From assembly GCA_000004985.1 (NCBI GenBank), contig GG738900.1: a DNA stretch of 64,000 nt; one strand, given 5' to 3'. This document shows positions 1 to 10,220 of the stretch, one piece after another. Positions within the stretch are counted from its first letter, which is position 1. Every line of letters begins with the position of its first letter. The notes under the pieces are model-generated. The model worked only from the letters and a program-made list of their open reading frames with translations, searched no databases and had not been told where the DNA came from. A program made the position numbers and the translations under genes. Origin of the DNA: Naegleria gruberi. Lineage: Eukaryota.

Positions 1-6
1 GTCAAA

Positions 7-831
7 TTGGAGAATGATATTTTGAAGCAAAAAGCATTACGTGACAAGAATGTTTCTATTGATGAATTTGCTATTAACACTGATATTGATTCCGAAAGAA
101 TTGCTTTGGAACAAGCTCGTCGTGCTTTTAGAGCTGTTAAGATTTCTCAAGAAAAATTATCACCTGTTGAAAGAAAGGTAGACCAATTAACAAAATCCTA
201 CACTTATTATTTACAACAAAAGAAGAGAGAACAATTAAATCAAGAGGAAAAGGATAGAAAAGAACAAATGTATAATGTATTTAAAAAACAAGCCGATACT
301 AATCCAGAAGCCTTTAACACTTTCGCTCAAACCATTTTGAAAAAGAAGAACATTCCTGTTGATTTTATTCTTGAAAGTTATGTTAGTGGTATTCCAGTCG
401 AAGAAATTGCTAGACAAATTTTGGCTAAGGAAAATTCACAATTAGCTAAACCAAGTTATGAGATTGACTCTTTTGCTGAAATCAGAAGAGTTGTTCAATC
501 ATACATTGATGCTAGACAAGAATACTGTCGTGACATTTTGGGTGTAAAGACAGGTAAGAGACATGCTACTGGTGTTACTTTATATGCTGATAGAGCTCTC
601 GCTAAGGGTGATTCTCTTGGTTTCTTACGTGCTAGATTACTTGCCATTCGTGACCAAGACAGAATTGAAAGAACAATAACAAATCTTCACTCTGGTAACA
701 CTCTCACTAAGTCTCAAAAGGCTAAACGAAGTGAAAGATCAGGAAGACGTAGATACGAAGGTCAAAAGCTTGATAATACTATGAAAGTTTTCATGTGGGT
801 AAAGAAGTACAGAAACAGAATTTTGAAATAA
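7..831 (+). CDS. 3' part of a Lys/Arg/Glu-rich protein, probably nuclear or nucleolar; the 5' end lies outside the window or in upstream exons
   Basis: Long ORF open from the window edge with no ATG near its start, a basic C-terminal tail (KSQKAKRSERSGRRRYEGQK) and a coiled-coil-like composition. I could not assign a family. Confidence 0.45.
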   Translation: MENDILKQKALRDKNVSIDEFAINTDIDSERIALEQARRAFRAVKISQEKLSPVERKVDQLTKSYTYYLQQKKREQLNQEEKDRKEQMYNVFKKQADTNPEAFNTFAQTILKKKNIPVDFILESYVSGIPVEEIARQILAKENSQLAKPSYEIDSFAEIRRVVQSYIDARQEYCRDILGVKTGKRHATGVTLYADRALAKGDSLGFLRARLLAIRDQDRIERTITNLHSGNTLTKSQKAKRSERSGRRRYEGQKLDNTMKVFMWVKKYRNRILK

Positions 832-845
832 ATTATATCAATAAA

Positions 846-914
846 NNNNNNNNNNNNNNNNNNNNNNNNNNNNNNNNNNNNNNNNNNNNNNNNNNNNNNN
901 NNNNNNNNNNNNNN
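846..914. other. assembly gap (N-run)
   Basis: Contiguous run of N. Confidence 0.95.
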
Positions 915-999
915 TGTGTTAAATAACAAAATAATACATTATAGAATTAATGTTAGTAAACTCAATAAAGATTTATAATAATTTATAGTAACATCATGA

Positions 1000-1461
1000 T
1001 TATTGAAGATAATTGGTGATCTTCATCTTCAAGAACATGATCAAAGTGTTATAAGCAATAATGATGAGGAAAATTCCCAATCCGAGGAAAATGTATCGGG
1101 AGCGAGTTGTTGTTGATGGATCAGCTGCCCAATTCAATGAAATAAATCCAAGTCCTCCTATTGTGAATAAGAAACCAGCACTGAATCCTTCAATCACGTA
1201 TTGAGCGTTTAATCTATATTCAAGAACTGCTACTGGTCTAACTCTTCCGTCAGCATCTCTTCTACTACCAATAGATGGAGGTTCATTGATCATATCGTAA
1301 ACAATACCGGAACAAATAACAAAGTATGAAGCAAGAAGAAGAACAAAGACGAGCATCTTTGGAAGACCCTTTTCAAAGATACTTGGTAATTTAAGTTTGA
1401 TATCAGGTGCTCTGAGAGCAGAAGTGTAGATGGCTTTAAAGATTGGGAAGAGTGGATCCAT
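1000..1461 (-). CDS. oligosaccharyltransferase complex subunit OSTC/DC2 homolog
   Basis: Single-exon 153-aa ORF with a true ATG and three predicted TM helices. It aligns well with human OSTC, for example PPSIGS..DGRVRPVAVLEYRLNAQYVIEGFSAGFLFTIGGLGFI against [43 protein letters not shown]. Confidence 0.85.
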   Translation of the reverse strand: MDPLFPIFKAIYTSALRAPDIKLKLPSIFEKGLPKMLVFVLLLASYFVICSGIVYDMINEPPSIGSRRDADGRVRPVAVLEYRLNAQYVIEGFSAGFLFTIGGLGFISLNWAADPSTTTRSRYIFLGLGIFLIIIAYNTLIMFLKMKITNYLQ

Positions 1462-2065
1462 TTTTTAAAAATTTTATTCTTTTTTAATAAATATTAATTT
1501 ATTATTCAAGTGGTGATGATCTACAATCGCAAGTATGGTAATTAAAATTGTTTTTATTGAGAAGTAAATCATTATATAACAGCAGTATATCTGGATGATA
1601 TGATGCTTTAACACTTATACAACTTCACAAGGCTTGTTTTATTAAGCCATTATTAAAAAAGTTGTAAATATGTTATCATTGTTTTTCCAAAGAGTTCGCA
1701 AGGGATGAAGGTGTCCAAAAATTATTCATGGGTATTTTCCTATGTCTATTGAATAATTCAATGTTAATGTAATAATCCGATAGAAATAGTTCAATGATGA
1801 TTTCGAGAAATAATTGACGAATTCCGATAATTTATATCGATAACGTAGTGGAACATTAATGCATTAAAGCATGACAAAGATTAATTGATGAATATTTATT
1901 GTTTTTGGCTTTTTTTCATGTTATTCACCAGCTAAAATTTCTTATTGTAAAATCCAGGATAGACTAGTCATCCCAAAAATTTTAAAAATTTTGTTGAAAA
2001 AAAAGTCGAAAAAAGTAAGTTCTCTCACGCCTATCACAGGTCGCTAAACAACATCAACTAAAGAC

Positions 2066-2440
2066 ATGTCTTCTGCAATTGTTAAGAAGGAGCAAACCGC
2101 CCCAGAACAATCCACCAAGGAACCAATCCACAGAATCAGAATCACCTTGACCGCCAAGAACGTCAAGGCCCTCGAAAAGGTCTGTGCTGATTTCGTTAGA
2201 GAAGCCAAGAACAAGAAGGTCAAGAGAGTCAAGGGTCCAGTCAGAATGCCAACTAAGATTTTGAAGATCACCACCAGAAAGTCTCCTTGCGGTGAAGGTA
2301 CTAACACTTGGGACAAGTTCGAAATGAGCGTCCACAAGAGAGTTATTGATTTGCACGCTCCAGCTTCAACTGTTAAGGACATTACTTCCATCTCCATGGA
2401 ACCAAACGTTGAAATTGAAATTACCGTCTGTGACTTGTAA
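2066..2440 (+). CDS. rps20: 40S ribosomal protein S20 (uS10)
   Basis: Single-exon 124-aa ORF with a true ATG. Highly conserved uS10 motifs are present: [25 protein letters not shown]...[37 protein letters not shown]. Confidence 0.9.
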   Translation: MSSAIVKKEQTAPEQSTKEPIHRIRITLTAKNVKALEKVCADFVREAKNKKVKRVKGPVRMPTKILKITTRKSPCGEGTNTWDKFEMSVHKRVIDLHAPASTVKDITSISMEPNVEIEITVCDL

Positions 2441-2768
2441 ACGTCTACAAATAAAAAAATAAAATTATATAAAAATACAATTAAATTATTAATTTGTTAA
2501 TCCATCAAATCATTAGTATAATCATGGGTGTCAAAAAGATTGTATGATGGATCTGGTGTTGAAGATGTTTGTCTATTTTCTTGGTGTTCCACTCATTGCT
2601 AGCAAAACTTTCTCAAGAGAGGCTTGGCGCGTACAGATAAAAATAACAAAAAAAATAGCCTTCCTCTCCCGCCACATTCATCTTGCCTCTTCTTCATCTC
2701 CTAATAGTGATCGAAATTAATACAAATAATTATTTGGACAAATTTAATACATTGATGGAGAAGTTATA

Positions 2769-5342
2769 ATGGCAAATCAAGTATATGAGGATAACGAAGA
2801 ACATGAGGATAATACATCATACGATGATGAATATTCACCGATCGAGGATATTTCGGAGGGTGCTCTAGACTATAAAGATCCAATGAGAAGAGTTAAAATT
2901 TATCATTTGAGTGATCTTGGAGAGTGGATTGACAAGGGAACAGGACATATTCACTGTGAAACTCAGGTATGTTTGAAAAACATGAATTTCCAACAACAAC
3001 AAAACAAAAAGGATAACGAAACTAACCTTGTATTAGTCTCAGAGTCTTCCGATGAACGTTTATTATCAACACCAATCTCAACAGATGATATATATGCTTT
3101 ACAAAATGGTTAGTATTACCTTGTTTTTTTACAATAATTTTTGTTAATAATTTCTGTAGCAACTTTAATCGTTTGGAATGACCCAGTTCAAAAAATTGAA
3201 ATGGCTCTTAGTTTCCAACATTCTGATGGATGCATTATGATATGGTAAGTCTTTTAACATCTTGTTATTGTTAAACAATTATTTAAAGGAATGAAATCAG
3301 GAAAGTTCAAGGAAAACCTCCTGATGGAAAGGAGGTTGTTGCAAGAAACAATCAAGAAGAGGAAAGTGTAGATGATGAAATTGTTGGTATGGGACTAAAT
3401 GGAAGTTCTCTAAGTATTGGATCAACAGGTAGTAGTTTAGGAAAAATTGAGTTACCTGAACCTAGTATTAGTAATCTAACAGCTATACTATCTATAATTA
3501 CCGATCATAGATTCAGATTACCAAGTTATATCAAGTCTGATTACATTTTAAAATTGTTCCAGGTTTTTGATGATTGTGAGGATTTGGATAGTGTTGAAAA
3601 TTGTCGGATTTTATTCAAAATATTCTCTGGAATTATAGCAATTGATGATCTTGAAATATTGGAGATACTATTTTCTAAAAACAACATCATGAAGTTAATT
3701 GGTGTTTTGGAATATGATCCAGATTTACCAACAAAAAAAGCCAATCATAGAAACTTTTTAAATAATCGTGTAATTTTCAAAGAAGTTATTCCATTCAATA
3801 ATCATAATGTTTTGGATAAGATTCATCAAACATTTAAAATACAGTATATAAAGGAGACGATTTTGGCATCAATTATTGATGACCAAACATTTAGCACATT
3901 AAGCACAATAATATTCAAGAACAACACAATGATAATCAATTCCATCAAGGAAGATCAGGAATTCTTGAAGAAGGTATTTTCAACCCTATTAGCAGATGAT
4001 ACTCCAAAAGATAAACAAAGGGACCTTTCCAAGTTTCTTTCTGAATTCTTTGCATTGCTAAAACATCAAAATATTAACAATAAGATAGATACCTACAAGT
4101 AAGTTGACAGTTTTTAACTTGTTTTATTTAATAATATTTCAGGAGATTAACTCTAGATCATCAATTATTGGATGTTGCAGAGAAACATTTACAAAATGAA
4201 AATGTTTCAATCAGACATATTTAGTAAGTACTTTATAATATTTAATTCTAATGCATTATTATTCTAGTTCCGAAATACTTTTATCTATAGCACAGACGAT
4301 TCATCTCTCTTTCCTAGGAGAAATCAAACAAAGACATTTAAGAAATGATTTCAACTTGCTAAAGGTAATAATCAAAACTATTGTCAGCGAACCAGAGCTG
4401 GGCATTCAAGACAATTTGACAGAAGTCATAAAGTTATTATTGGATCCAGAGACCCTCCTTACCAACTCTGACGTATTCATTGACCAATTTTATAAGCATC
4501 ATGTTGAATTGCTTGCATCTCCAATTTTAAATCCACAGACTACAATTAATCATTTCACAAAACCTTCCATCAAAGTCAGTTGCATTAATCATGCATTGGA
4601 CTTACTTTCCTTTACAGTAATTCATCACAAACACAGAAGTAAGAACTTTTTAATAGCGAATGACATTATATCTAAGGCCGTTCATTTATTGGATGTTTAT
4701 AGGGAGAAGGATTTGATACTTGGCGTAATTAGATTCTTCAAGTCTATTATTTCGAGGGGTGACTTGCTACTTTGTACAAATATTTTGACCAACAACCTTT
4801 TTGATCCAATCATGGAAGTTTGGAGAAGAAATGGCTCAGTTTACAATCTCATTAATTCTGCAATTATAGATTTATTTGAAGCATTAAGAAATACCACAAC
4901 TGGTAGACTTAAGCAACATTGTGTCGAACGATTCAGACAAGATTTTGAAGCTGTTAATTATGTTGAAACATTTGCTCAACTTATTGAGGAATGTGATCAA
5001 CAAGAAAATTCTGAAAACAATAATAATGTATCTCAACAAGAAAGTGATGATGCCTACTTTAATGACAATGAAGAAATGCACAAGTCTATGATTGCACAAG
5101 ATTCACCAGAGCGAGCTTCTGTTGAAGAAGAGGATGATTTTTTCTTTACTCTTTCGAAACATAAGGGTAGCAATCAAGATGATGACGATGATGAATCTGA
5201 TATTTACTCTAATAGAGAGAAGAATGATATGGAGACCTCATCACCTCATTCTCCACACAAATTGCAAATTAGTTTGAAAACCAATACCACTTCACCAACC
5301 AAAGGAGAGGTGGAACCAAACCCTAAGAAGGTTAAATTTTAG
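2769..5342 (+). CDS. smkA: SMEK / protein phosphatase 4 regulatory subunit 3 (5 exons)
   Basis: The N-terminal EVH1-like region matches PP4R3: RRVKIYHLSDLGEWIDKGTGH, then TLIVWNDPVQKIEMALSFQHSDGCIMIW spliced in phase onto NEIRKVQGKPP. Approximate exons are 2769-3108, 3160-3244, 3289-4098, 4143-4223 and 4268-5342. All junctions are GT..AG and keep the reading frame. Confidence 0.8.
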
Positions 5343-5465
5343 TAATTTATAATAATAAAGAATTTAATTGAAACTCTCTAGGTATCCCAACAACATCCAA
5401 ACAAAACACAAACAGATATATACCACTAACAGTCCATTAAGGATAAATATTCATAATGAATGTAT

Positions 5466-5537
5466 TCCCGTGTAGTCCAATGGCTAGGATACCTGGCTTT
5501 CACCCAGGAGGTCCGGGTTCAATTCCCGGCATGGGAG
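5466..5537 (+). tRNA. tRNA-Glu (anticodon UUC)
   Basis: 72-nt cloverleaf TCCCGTGTAGTCCAATGGCTAGGATACCTGGCTTTCACCCAGGAGGTCCGGGTTCAATTCCCGGCATGGGAG with anticodon loop CTTTCAC. It is followed by a T-run typical of a Pol III terminator. Confidence 0.85.
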
Positions 5538-5580
5538 AATACTTTTTAATGTTGATAAAACCAATTTTATTTGGTATTGA

Positions 5581-6621
5581 TTAAGGAATTTGGAGAATAA
5601 TTTTTCCAACAGTTCTATTGGATTCACTCATTTTTTGAGCTTGTGAGGCTTGATCCAAACTTAGAATATGAATTGGAATGTCTTTCCATAAACCACTTTC
5701 ACTCAACCACTTTAAGATAACTGCCAATTGATCACCATCCCTTTCAGCATACAAATTTTTGGCTCTTTCACTTCCAAAAACCTTTCCAGAAATTCCTTGA
5801 GGTGTGTGAACAATTGTAACAAATTGTGATTCTTCATCTTGTTTGAGCAATTCAATGGAATAGTATTCTTGATAGGATCCAACAAAATCCAACACTATAT
5901 CAAAGGTACCTTTCAAAGATTCCAATTCATGAGTGAGATATTCCTTTCCCTTAGTGTAATCTAACACTTGATCAGCTCCCAACTTTCTAACAAAGTCTGC
6001 ATTCTTTGCTGATGAAATGGTAACAATCTTTTCAGCATTGAAATAATTCTTGGCAAGTAAAATACCTGACATTCCAACACCACCACTTCCACCAATGATT
6101 AGAACTTGTTTTCCTCTCAAGGAGTCTTTTTGTCCACTCTTACTTGATGGATGTCTGAGGAAACATTGAAAAGCAGTCAAGAAAGTTACTGGACACGAGG
6201 CAGCAACTTGATGACTAATTGATTCTGGATTAAGAGCTGCTTGAGATTCAGAGCAGACAACATATTGACTGTATGTTCCTCTGATGTGTGTCATGTTACA
6301 ACCACAAACTGAATCACCAATCTTGAATTTGGTTACTTTGGAACCAGTGGCAACTACAATTCCACTAACTATTCGAAGGTAAGAATGAAAAATATTAAAC
6401 TTACAATCAACTCCAAGAATCGTTGGATATGAATTAATATAAAACCCATATTGTCTTACTTTACAATCTAATGGATTAACTCCAGCATATTGATTTCTAA
6501 CAAGAATGTCATCTTCATTCAATTGTGGTAAATCAAATTTATGGTCAATTACAATGTCATCAGCACTGACATTGGCAGATTTAATAATTGCAGCAGTTTG
6601 AAAGGTTGGAAGACTTGACAT
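5581..6621 (-). CDS. zinc-type alcohol dehydrogenase-like / quinone oxidoreductase (MDR superfamily)
   Basis: NAD(P)-binding motif LIIGGSGGVGMSGILLAK and an N-terminal GroES-like region. A probable 36-nt in-frame intron (gtaagtttaatatttttcattcttaccttcgaatag) lies at about 6372-6407 on the minus strand; removing it restores the conserved ILGVD-VSGIVVATGSKV motif. Confidence 0.8.
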   Translation of the reverse strand: MSSLPTFQTAAIIKSANVSADDIVIDHKFDLPQLNEDDILVRNQYAGVNPLDCKVRQYGFYINSYPTILGVDCKFNIFHSYLRIVSGIVVATGSKVTKFKIGDSVCGCNMTHIRGTYSQYVVCSESQAALNPESISHQVAASCPVTFLTAFQCFLRHPSSKSGQKDSLRGKQVLIIGGSGGVGMSGILLAKNYFNAEKIVTISSAKNADFVRKLGADQVLDYTKGKEYLTHELESLKGTFDIVLDFVGSYQEYYSIELLKQDEESQFVTIVHTPQGISGKVFGSERAKNLYAERDGDQLAVILKWLSESGLWKDIPIHILSLDQASQAQKMSESNRTVGKIILQIP

Positions 6622-7009
6622 TTTAGAGATGTGTATTCTTTTTTTATGATTTGAATTTTGAATTGCTTATCCAGTTAAAAAAGTTGACTTGTTTTTATAG
6701 TGTTTTGAAAAGTGTGCGCAGCAGAAATAATGTATTCTATCGCGGTAATTAAGCAACCAATCAGAAATGGAGCGCTGATTTTGGGATATTTTGACTTTCG
6801 CAAGGTTAATTTTTGATTTTCTTGTCAAGGTTCACCATCACCAGCAAATAGCTGTATTAGTAGCTGTAGTTCTTTTACTTGCTTTTGTAAAGTTCATACT
6901 TTACAAAAAAAATGCTCAAACGGAATGAAGGAGGCCGAGTTGTGATTTTCTTGGATTTTTCTTTGGAATCAAATTTGCTTTTGCAAAAATTCAAAGACAA
7001 ACTACATCA

Positions 7010-8698
7010 TTGAAGGAATATTGTAAGAAACGTGATGAAATATTAAACAAAAGACCAGAATTTATTCCATTGGAGTTTTATCGGGATTGTCAAGTGTTGG
7101 TTAAATATCCACATTTATTGGAGAATTTGCTGATTACAACGGATAGGGAATTTATTTTGTATTTTGTTAGATCGAGGGATGATCACATTCATTCAGTTTG
7201 TAGAGCTATTTCAGATACTTTGAAATGTGATGAATTATTTATTAGACAAGCCATTCAAGCTAATTATCAAATGTTTAAAGTTCTTCTTGAAAAACGTAAT
7301 CAAGACTACAACAGAAAAAGAACAAGCAAGATACGTAGAGGTCGATTCAAAGACGAGGGAAGTGATGACTCTGGAGATGAGGATAATATATCAATTGACT
7401 GGGAGTATTTCATTAATTTGAATCCAAAAGTTCTAAGATTTGTCAAAAATAGATGGAAAGAGTTGGATAGAGAAGTAGTTTTACAAGCTTTGCGAAAAGA
7501 TATTATAGCAATTTATTCATTGCAAGCTCTTGACAGAGAAATGGCATTGTTGGTAGTTGAAACCAATCCATTGGCTTTGAAATATGAACATGGAGTTTGG
7601 CAGAATGATAAAGAAATTGTACTGAAAGCAATATCACAAAATAAGAACCTACTTGTGTATGCATGTGATTCGATCATTGAAGAAGTGTTAAGAAACAGAG
7701 AACTCATTGAATATTCTCAGGAGGATGTCATTAATTTAGTATTGAATGGTGTGAAGGAAAAGCCATCTTTATTCAATTACCTTCCCGAACATATGAAAAC
7801 AAATCATGAATTTGTTATCAAATTGGTAGAATTGGACACAAGAATATCCGAGTTCATTCCAGAATCTTTAAAACAAAACAGAGAATTTCTAATGGAACTG
7901 GTCAAATATGATAGAAATGCATTTTACAATTGTAAAGATATGGATCTGAGGGGGAGTAGACAATTTTTATTGAACGCCCTATCCACTTACAGGTTCTCAC
8001 TCTCCAGTGCTCCATCTCATCTCAAAGATGATAAGGAATTTGTAATGGAATGTTTAACTGCATATCCTGCAGACTTGGATGAAGCTTCATCTCGTTTGAG
8101 AGATGATGAACAAGTGGTAGAATTGGTTTTAAAAGAATTTAATAACGCATCAAATAGATTGAAAGATGATAAGGACTTTGTAATGAAACACATTGAAGAA
8201 TTTCCTCAAATGTATCAGTCATTGAGTCAGAGATTGAAAAGCGATAAGGAAATAATTCTAAAATGTGCATCTGGAGGTGGAGTTATTTCAAATGGTTATT
8301 TCTTTCACGACGATGACTTTGTATTAGAATTGGTGGAAAGAAATGCTCATATTGTTGAAACACTGGGAAAGATAACGCCAGAGTTTGCTAAGAAATGTAT
8401 TGAGCGAAATGGCTTTTGCTACCATTTATTGAAACAACACTCTATGGTAACAGAATCTGACGAATTGGATCAATTAGCAGCTCTTTCTCGTGGATATTTA
8501 GCTGATAAACATACTGAGGATATTAGACCAACATATGGATTTCACAAAATCAAAACTCGCACAAGCTATGAGGATAGAGAAATTGTGGATTCATGGATTA
8601 AGAAGAGATTGGAGAAGCAATATGATGGGTTATATATTTCACTCAGCTCGCCAATATTTGTAAAGGGAAAGTTTGTGAATACCCACATTAAGGGATGA
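7010..8698 (+). CDS. DUF4116 repeat-containing protein (5' end uncertain; an upstream exon is probably missing)
   Basis: Repeated ~35-aa units of the form LKDDKEFVMECLTAYPADL.. / LRDDEQVVELVLKEF.. / LKDDKDFVMKHIEEFP.. / LKSDKEIILKCAS. The frame is open upstream to 6929 with no in-frame ATG. Confidence 0.55.
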   Translation: MKEYCKKRDEILNKRPEFIPLEFYRDCQVLVKYPHLLENLLITTDREFILYFVRSRDDHIHSVCRAISDTLKCDELFIRQAIQANYQMFKVLLEKRNQDYNRKRTSKIRRGRFKDEGSDDSGDEDNISIDWEYFINLNPKVLRFVKNRWKELDREVVLQALRKDIIAIYSLQALDREMALLVVETNPLALKYEHGVWQNDKEIVLKAISQNKNLLVYACDSIIEEVLRNRELIEYSQEDVINLVLNGVKEKPSLFNYLPEHMKTNHEFVIKLVELDTRISEFIPESLKQNREFLMELVKYDRNAFYNCKDMDLRGSRQFLLNALSTYRFSLSSAPSHLKDDKEFVMECLTAYPADLDEASSRLRDDEQVVELVLKEFNNASNRLKDDKDFVMKHIEEFPQMYQSLSQRLKSDKEIILKCASGGGVISNGYFFHDDDFVLELVERNAHIVETLGKITPEFAKKCIERNGFCYHLLKQHSMVTESDELDQLAALSRGYLADKHTEDIRPTYGFHKIKTRTSYEDREIVDSWIKKRLEKQYDGLYISLSSPIFVKGKFVNTHIKG

Positions 8699-8933
8699 TT
8701 ACCCATTATGTGAAACCTTACTAATTTGAATTTGTCTTTATTTTGGATAAAGTATTGAAACTAGGAAGCTCAGCAAACTTCAACACTCTTCTTTTTATAA
8801 TTTTTAAAATGTATGCAATAATGTAGCAAGTACATGATATTTATGAAATTATAATTCCAATTTTCATTATTATTAGTAATTATTCCCATTTCTTTATTTG
8901 TCCATTAAGGATAAATTTTCAAAATAAATGTAT

Positions 8934-9005
8934 TCCCGTGTAGTCCAATGGCTAGGATACCTGGCTTTCACCCAGGAGGTCCGGGTTCAATTCCCGGCAT
9001 GGGAG
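8934..9005 (+). tRNA. tRNA-Glu (UUC), second identical copy
   Basis: Identical 72-nt sequence to the copy at 5466-5537. About 35 nt of upstream flank is also shared. Confidence 0.85.
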
Positions 9006-9091
9006 AATACTTTTTTAATTATGGACTTTTAATATTGTTAAAAATTAATTTTATGTTACCACATGAGGTATTGAATAATTTAGAATTTGCA

Positions 9092-9301
9092 TTAAGGAAT
9101 GTGGAGAATGATCTTTCCAACAGTTCTATTGGATTCACTCATTTTTTGAGCTTGTGAGGCTTGATCCAAACTTAGAATGTGAATTGGGATGTCTTTCCAT
9201 AAACCACTTTCACTCAACCACTTTAAGATAATTGCCAATTGATCACCATCCCTTTCAGCATACAAATTTTTGGCTCTTTCACTTCCAAACAATTTCAACA
9301 A
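9092..9301 (-). pseudogene. duplicated 3' fragment of the oxidoreductase gene at 5581-6621
   Basis: About 185 nt at 9115-9297 is near-identical to 5606-5790. The ORF carries only the last ~69 aa of the oxidoreductase (ERAKNLYAERDGDQLA..ILKWLSESGLWKDIPIHILSLDQASQAQKMSESNRTVGKIIL) and no upstream exons. It sits downstream of the duplicated tRNA-Glu. Confidence 0.7.
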
Positions 9302-9365
9302 AAATCTATGAGCCTTTTCTTGTCACATTAATAAAAATCTGCCATGTTGTTCAATTAACCACAAT

Positions 9366-10187
9366 TTAATAACACTCATCGTCAGGATAATCCACAATTC
9401 CATACATGAGAATATTGGAATAATCACAATTTATAACAACAGAATCCATTACTTCCTTTTCCATTTGCTTTTTCGTTTCCTCTGCTTGTTTACGATACAA
9501 TTTAGCTTTTTCTTTACCCACCTCAAAGGTTGCTACGCACATTGATTCATAATCCATGTCAGATACATGGTTACGCTCAACAAGCTTTGAGTATAGATGC
9601 TTATCAGTCCTATAGATGTATTCCACAATTTTGCTTCTACATGGTTTTGCATGTTTCGAAATATCTGTGTGGGTATCGGTTGAGATCAGATTCATGTCGT
9701 TAGATATTGGGCCAACAATTGAAAGAACTACAAACGAGGATAAATCATTGTAAAAAGCCATGTCCATAGTAAGAATCACATTCTTGTTTGTTTTCAATTC
9801 ATAGGTTGTTCTTGTAACGCTAAAACAAAATGAATACCCTTTCGAATGGATAAGAAATTCTAAATTTTTGCACATGTTGGACTTTTGGCACTCTTTCCTC
9901 TTGTAATTCAAGGTTTGGTTACACTTTGTGGTATGTTTGAGCGAAATTTGAGGCTCCTTAGAATAGGTTGTTTTTTCCTTCAGCCAGTAATTTTGTTCCA
10001 TTAAAACATATTCTGATAAATCATAAAAAGTTTCATTGTAGGATGTTTTTGATTTGAATGTAAACAGAGGAAGAAGACTTTTTTCTAACTGCTCCTTGCC
10101 CATAATAAAGTTGAATTTTGTAATGATTGCACTGTCGTGGGCAACATGATCTAATAAACAATCTTGATATACGAATCTTGTGTTCAA
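9366..10187 (-). CDS. hypothetical protein; the true start is probably internal (MGKEQ...) or spliced
   Basis: 273-codon open frame starting at a TTG in the track, with no recognisable family. The upstream end abuts the 5S rRNA gene on the same strand. Confidence 0.3.
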   Translation of the reverse strand: MNTRFVYQDCLLDHVAHDSAIITKFNFIMGKEQLEKSLLPLFTFKSKTSYNETFYDLSEYVLMEQNYWLKEKTTYSKEPQISLKHTTKCNQTLNYKRKECQKSNMCKNLEFLIHSKGYSFCFSVTRTTYELKTNKNVILTMDMAFYNDLSSFVVLSIVGPISNDMNLISTDTHTDISKHAKPCRSKIVEYIYRTDKHLYSKLVERNHVSDMDYESMCVATFEVGKEKAKLYRKQAEETKKQMEKEVMDSVVINCDYSNILMYGIVDYPDDECY

Positions 10188-10220
10188 TGTATGATTGTTT
10201 AAAAGTTATTAAGGTAAAAA

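Noticed and set aside
235-417. Many short minus or plus-strand ORFs lying antisense inside larger conserved genes. Examples are 235-417, 2044-2397, 2054-2356, 3541-3744, 4884-5099, 7513-7707, 16192-16932, 17141-17722, 24151-24770, 30380-30595, 31129-31631, 32917-33258, 51060-51401, 53182-54523, 57542-58045 and 62008-63081.
   Set aside because: They overlap well-supported coding exons on the other strand or frame. They have AT-rich or low-complexity translations, mostly start at non-ATG codons in the track, and show no family resemblance. They are most simply explained as chance open frames.
846-914. N-runs at 846-914 and 42498-42547 considered as possible masked repeats or biological features
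   Set aside because: Uniform N blocks of 69 and 50 nt are assembly gaps. No inference is possible about what they contain.
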